From: Candidatus Iainarchaeum sp.
Lineage (GTDB): Archaea > Iainarchaeota > Iainarchaeia > Iainarchaeales > 0-14-0-20-34-12
DNA: 28,116 nucleotides
Assembly: GCA_030649345.1 (NCBI GenBank)
Contig: JAUSKK010000027.1
Location: 1-28,116, forward strand
Direction: 5' to 3'
This document shows, piece by piece, positions 25,866 to 28,116 of this stretch. Every line of letters starts with the position of its first letter. Position 1 is the first letter of the stretch. Made by a program: the position numbers and the translations under genes. The notes beneath the pieces are model-generated. The model was not told where the DNA came from. It saw only the letters and a program-made list of their open reading frames with translations, and searched no databases.

Positions 25866-25943
25866 GATAAAATTATTTTTAAAATAGTTTTAAAACCCAT
25901 TAGTTTAATAGTACTAAAATAAGCTAATAATGTCTTATTTTAA

Positions 25944-26170
25944 TTAATTGCATTTTTCTACTTCTTTAGTTACTGGTCGTGTCTTTGTTACATTGCACAG
26001 CTCGTGTTCGGCACTTGTCTTGGTGAGCTTCTAGTTTTGTTGGCATTTAACCAAGTAATGTGAAGAATCAGGTAGTTAGGTTTCCAAGAATGTCTGTTTC
26101 AACAGTTGATTTTACTGCGCTTTTTTCTTGTTCTTGGGGCGTTTCTTTTTGTGTTTGTTTTTGGGTGACC
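25944..26170 (-). pseudogene. decayed 3' fragment of a PA14-protein paralogue (C-terminal tail only)
   Basis: The minus-strand translation ends ..CNVTKTRPVTKEVEKCN*, compared with ..CQDVTKTRPVVKYREVEKCE* in the intact gene at 23613. An in-frame TAG occurs at 26031-26033. The upstream part (TQKQTQKETPQEQEK...) is in another frame, and there is no start codon. Confidence 0.55.
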
Positions 26171-26175
26171 ACGTT

Positions 26176-27129
26176 TTATTGTTTTGTGGTCACCTTAAGC
26201 TGTTTTTTGAGTGTTTTATATTCTTCCAGCATTAATTCAATTGTTGGTCTTAGATTGTGTTTGGTTTCATATTCTTGTAAGGTTGCATAATATTGTTTTC
26301 TTTTTCCAAAGTCTATGTTGATTGGTGGTAATTTGTGCTGGATTAAAACATAGTTCATTAGAATTCTTCCAACCCGGCCATTTCCGTCTTCGAATGGATG
26401 AATATTTTCAAATTGGTTATGCATAACTGCCGCAAGAACAATAGCAGGATATTTGTTTTTGTATTGGTTATGCCAGTTTGCGAGTTCTTTTAAGAGTTCT
26501 AATACTTTTTCTGAAGGAGCTCCTTGGTGAATTACATTTCCTAGACCGTCTCGTACAACCACTTCTGTTCCTTTGGATCTGAGTTTTCCTGCGAATTCTT
26601 TTGAGTTCTTGAATACAATTTCATGAATTTTTTTAATGAATTCAATAGAAATAGGCTCGTGTGTTTTTCGAATAAATTCAATAGCTTCTTTTACACCATA
26701 CGCCTCAGCAATATCTTCTTTGCTTTTGTATTCAGGCCATTTGTTTTTTTTCAGTAGGTCTTTGACTTCTTTTTGATTTAATTCAGATCCTTCAATTGCA
26801 TTTGTATTGTAGGTGAAAATTTCAGAAAATGCAGTCCATTGTTGCTCTGATAAATGAAATACTTTAAACGCATATTTTGCTTCCAGTTCCTTAATGTTCT
26901 GCAACTCAGATTCTGAAAGAACTTCCAACAGTGGATCCGCGATTTTTTTAACAACCTTAATTCTGTGCAAAATTTGTTCTTCAGCAATTTTTTTAATTTC
27001 TGCTAGTTTTTGTTTGTTTAAGTTTGTTCCTAAATACCGGCGGATTTTTTTTACTTTTTTTCCCTGCCTAAATGAATGAACTAAATAATATTTTTTCTTT
27101 TTTCCGATTGTGCGGATTTCAATAAACAT
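26176..27129 (-). CDS. Fic-domain protein (AMPylase/adenylyltransferase family) with an intramolecular inhibitory motif
   Basis: Canonical Fic motif HPFEDGNGRVGR. An upstream TNAIEG matches the (S/T)xxxE(G/N) inhibitory helix motif. A TATA-like TGTTTAAATAATG lies about 30 nt upstream of the ATG. Confidence 0.9.
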   Translation of the reverse strand: MFIEIRTIGKKKKYYLVHSFRQGKKVKKIRRYLGTNLNKQKLAEIKKIAEEQILHRIKVVKKIADPLLEVLSESELQNIKELEAKYAFKVFHLSEQQWTAFSEIFTYNTNAIEGSELNQKEVKDLLKKNKWPEYKSKEDIAEAYGVKEAIEFIRKTHEPISIEFIKKIHEIVFKNSKEFAGKLRSKGTEVVVRDGLGNVIHQGAPSEKVLELLKELANWHNQYKNKYPAIVLAAVMHNQFENIHPFEDGNGRVGRILMNYVLIQHKLPPINIDFGKRKQYYATLQEYETKHNLRPTIELMLEEYKTLKKQLKVTTKQ

Positions 27130-27284
27130 ATACTAATAATAGGTGGCTACATTATTTAAACATATTGTAAAAAATGGCTACAATTGGCGTGGGTGTGCTT
27201 AAAGTAACTTTTTTACCCCTACACTTTTGCTTATTGGTAAATTTTGCAGGTATAACTTCTTGTAAGAGAGTTATCTTGCAAGTT

Positions 27285-27313
27285 AACTCTACGACAAGCG
27301 GGATACGAGAGTT
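27285..27313. repeat. island repeat element, short copy C
   Basis: AACTCTACGAC-AAGCGGGATACG-AGAGTT. It has the same 12-mer core as copy B, flanked by the AACTCT/AGAGTT arms in swapped order. Confidence 0.45.
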
Positions 27314-27432
27314 GAACTCGTCTGACTCCCTAACTTCGCCTTGCATTTCCCATTGCACCAACGGGTGCTCGCGCAATGTTATTGCATTGCGCAGTTTTCT
27401 CTTTTGGGAAACGTACACTTTTCTCTTTTTCT

Positions 27433-27552
27433 AAAAGAGAAAAGGGGCGCTGCAGGGGAGCGCATAGCCGATCTGCCAATCCCGCAACCAGGGTTCCGGT
27501 TGGTTGAACGTGCTACTTTCGTTAATGCTCAGTAGCACTGCTTTACGGTTTA
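27433..27552 (-). ncRNA. candidate structured small RNA of about 120 nt, unidentified
   Basis: The segment is GC-rich by eye relative to the AT-rich surroundings. It has three hairpins (plus-strand coordinates 27510-27538, 27485-27506, 27447-27463). On the minus strand the last hairpin is followed by CCCTTTTCTCTTTT. A TATA-like TTTAATAATTATT lies about 25 nt upstream of a possible start near 27550. Strand and ends are uncertain. Confidence 0.3.
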
Positions 27553-27559
27553 TTTAATA

Positions 27560-27586
27560 TGATTTAGGAAGAATAATTATTAAAGA
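27560..27586. repeat. perfect 27-bp direct repeat, copy 1 (TGATTTAGGAAGAATAATTATTAAAGA)
   Basis: Exact match to 27706-27732. It contains the TATA-like AATAATTATTAAA. Confidence 0.9.
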
Positions 27587-27705
27587 CTGACCTTGAAGAG
27601 TAGATTAAAGGAAAGTATTGTATTCAAAGGGTATATGGCCGAAGGCATGTGTTACGAACAAAGTGAGTAACACGCAAGGGAGGTATCGGAACCGTAGGTT
27701 CTGAT

Positions 27706-27732
27706 TGATTTAGGAAGAATAATTATTAAAGA
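27706..27732. repeat. perfect 27-bp direct repeat, copy 2, overlapping the proximal thiI promoter
   Basis: Exact match to 27560-27586. It ends 14 nt before the thiI ATG. Confidence 0.9.
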
Positions 27733-27746
27733 GTGTGGGAGTCAAA

Positions 27747-28116
27747 ATGCAGGAAAATGCTATTTTAGTCAAATTGGCAGGAGAAATCAGTCTAAAAAGC
27801 GATTCTGTCAAAAAACGCTTTACGGAAACCCTTAAACAAAATCTAGTTACTGCATTGGAAAAAAACAAAATTAAGTTAACTGAAATTCGACAAAAGCCTG
27901 GAAGATTTTTGATTTTTTGCAATGATTTGGAAAAAGCTCAAAAAATTTTAAGCAAAGTATTCGGAATTCATTCCATTGCTTTGGTTTACTTTTTTGAATC
28001 TAAAATCAAACAAGAAATTTTAGAAACCTGTGCAAATTATTCATTGCCTTTTTTAGAAAATAAAAAAACTTTTGCAGTTAAATCCAAACGAGAAGGAACG
28101 CATGCATTTACATCTC
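27747..28116 (+). CDS. thiI: tRNA 4-thiouridine / thiamine sulfurtransferase ThiI, N-terminal ferredoxin-like plus THUMP region (3' truncated by the window end)
   Basis: Open frame from ATG 27747 to the window end: MQENAILVKLAGEISLKSDSVKKRFTETLKQNL...FGIHSIAL...KTFAVKSKREGTHAFTS. This is the typical ThiI N-terminus. It is absent from the ORF track because no stop lies in the window. Confidence 0.85.
   Translation, partial: MQENAILVKLAGEISLKSDSVKKRFTETLKQNLVTALEKNKIKLTEIRQKPGRFLIFCNDLEKAQKILSKVFGIHSIALVYFFESKIKQEILETCANYSLPFLENKKTFAVKSKREGTHAFTS

Noticed and set aside
26060-26290. 76-aa plus-strand ORF across the fic 3' end
   Set aside because: It is antisense to fic and to the PA14-tail remnant. 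Its Cys/Phe/Val-rich shadow composition argues against coding.
27152-27535. Three overlapping ORFs (88, 86 and 64 aa) in the gap between fic and thiI
   Set aside because: They are mutually overlapping on both strands, lack RBS and promoter logic, and the region is dominated by hairpins and GC-rich stems. It is treated as noncoding or structured RNA instead.
27280-27710. tRNA (including split or intron-containing), 5S rRNA, SRP RNA, RNase P RNA, TPP riboswitch or group II intron domain V
   Set aside because: By eye there is no cloverleaf with a T-loop GGTTCRANYC and no U33-containing anticodon loop. There is no 5S GAAC/AAGC signature, no SRP helix-8 GGAA/AGCA motif and no RNase P CR-V ACAGAA..GGCTTA. 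GGGAGTCAGACG only weakly resembles CR-I. There is no TPP CTGAGA/ACCTGATCTGG core. A covariance-model scan is needed for a definitive answer.
27710-27922. 70-aa minus-strand ORF
   Set aside because: It is antisense to the clearly recognisable thiI N-terminus.

Overview
AT-rich (roughly one-third GC), gene-dense archaeal window. aRF1, Dph2, ribosomal protein L10e/uL16, TruD/Pus7-type pseudouridine synthase, archaeal-type UMP kinase and ThiI mark it as archaeal. Small genes, Shine-Dalgarno-like GGTGA sites and TATA boxes close to start codons suggest a small-genome, DPANN-like lineage; this is inference, not proven. Layout: (1) 0.7-7.9 kb, a cell-envelope module with a 1007-aa secreted S/T/G/N-rich surface protein, a membrane-anchored protein, two processive GT2 glycan synthases and a membrane-anchored thioredoxin-like protein. 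(2) 7.9-16 kb, housekeeping genes truD, prf1 (aRF1), pyrH, dph2, ppsA, rpl10e. (3) 16.1-17.9 kb, an extracytoplasmic thiol-redox operon whose DsbA-like protein appears circularly permuted. (4) 17.9-21.1 kb, a small membrane protein, wHTH regulator, GNAT and SulP permease. (5) 21.1-27.7 kb, a mosaic accessory island on the minus strand. It holds a translationally coupled pair (DUF4065/Panacea-like-DUF488 fusion plus an unknown 254-aa protein), a PA14-domain membrane protein, a wHTH regulator, an unknown membrane-anchored protein and a class-II-like Fic enzyme. It also holds a decayed fragment of a PA14-protein paralogue, three copies of a structured repeat, and a ~600-bp gene-free, locally GC-rich region with candidate small RNAs and a perfect 27-bp direct repeat. 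(6) The 5' part of thiI runs off the window end. No rRNA, convincing tRNA, CRISPR array, transposase or integrase was found by eye. Most notable: the Panacea-like-DUF488 two-gene module, the duplicated dph2 3' end with synonymous-only differences, the permuted DsbA, the repeat-delimited island, and a 12-mer operator-like motif present four times between prf1 and pyrH.
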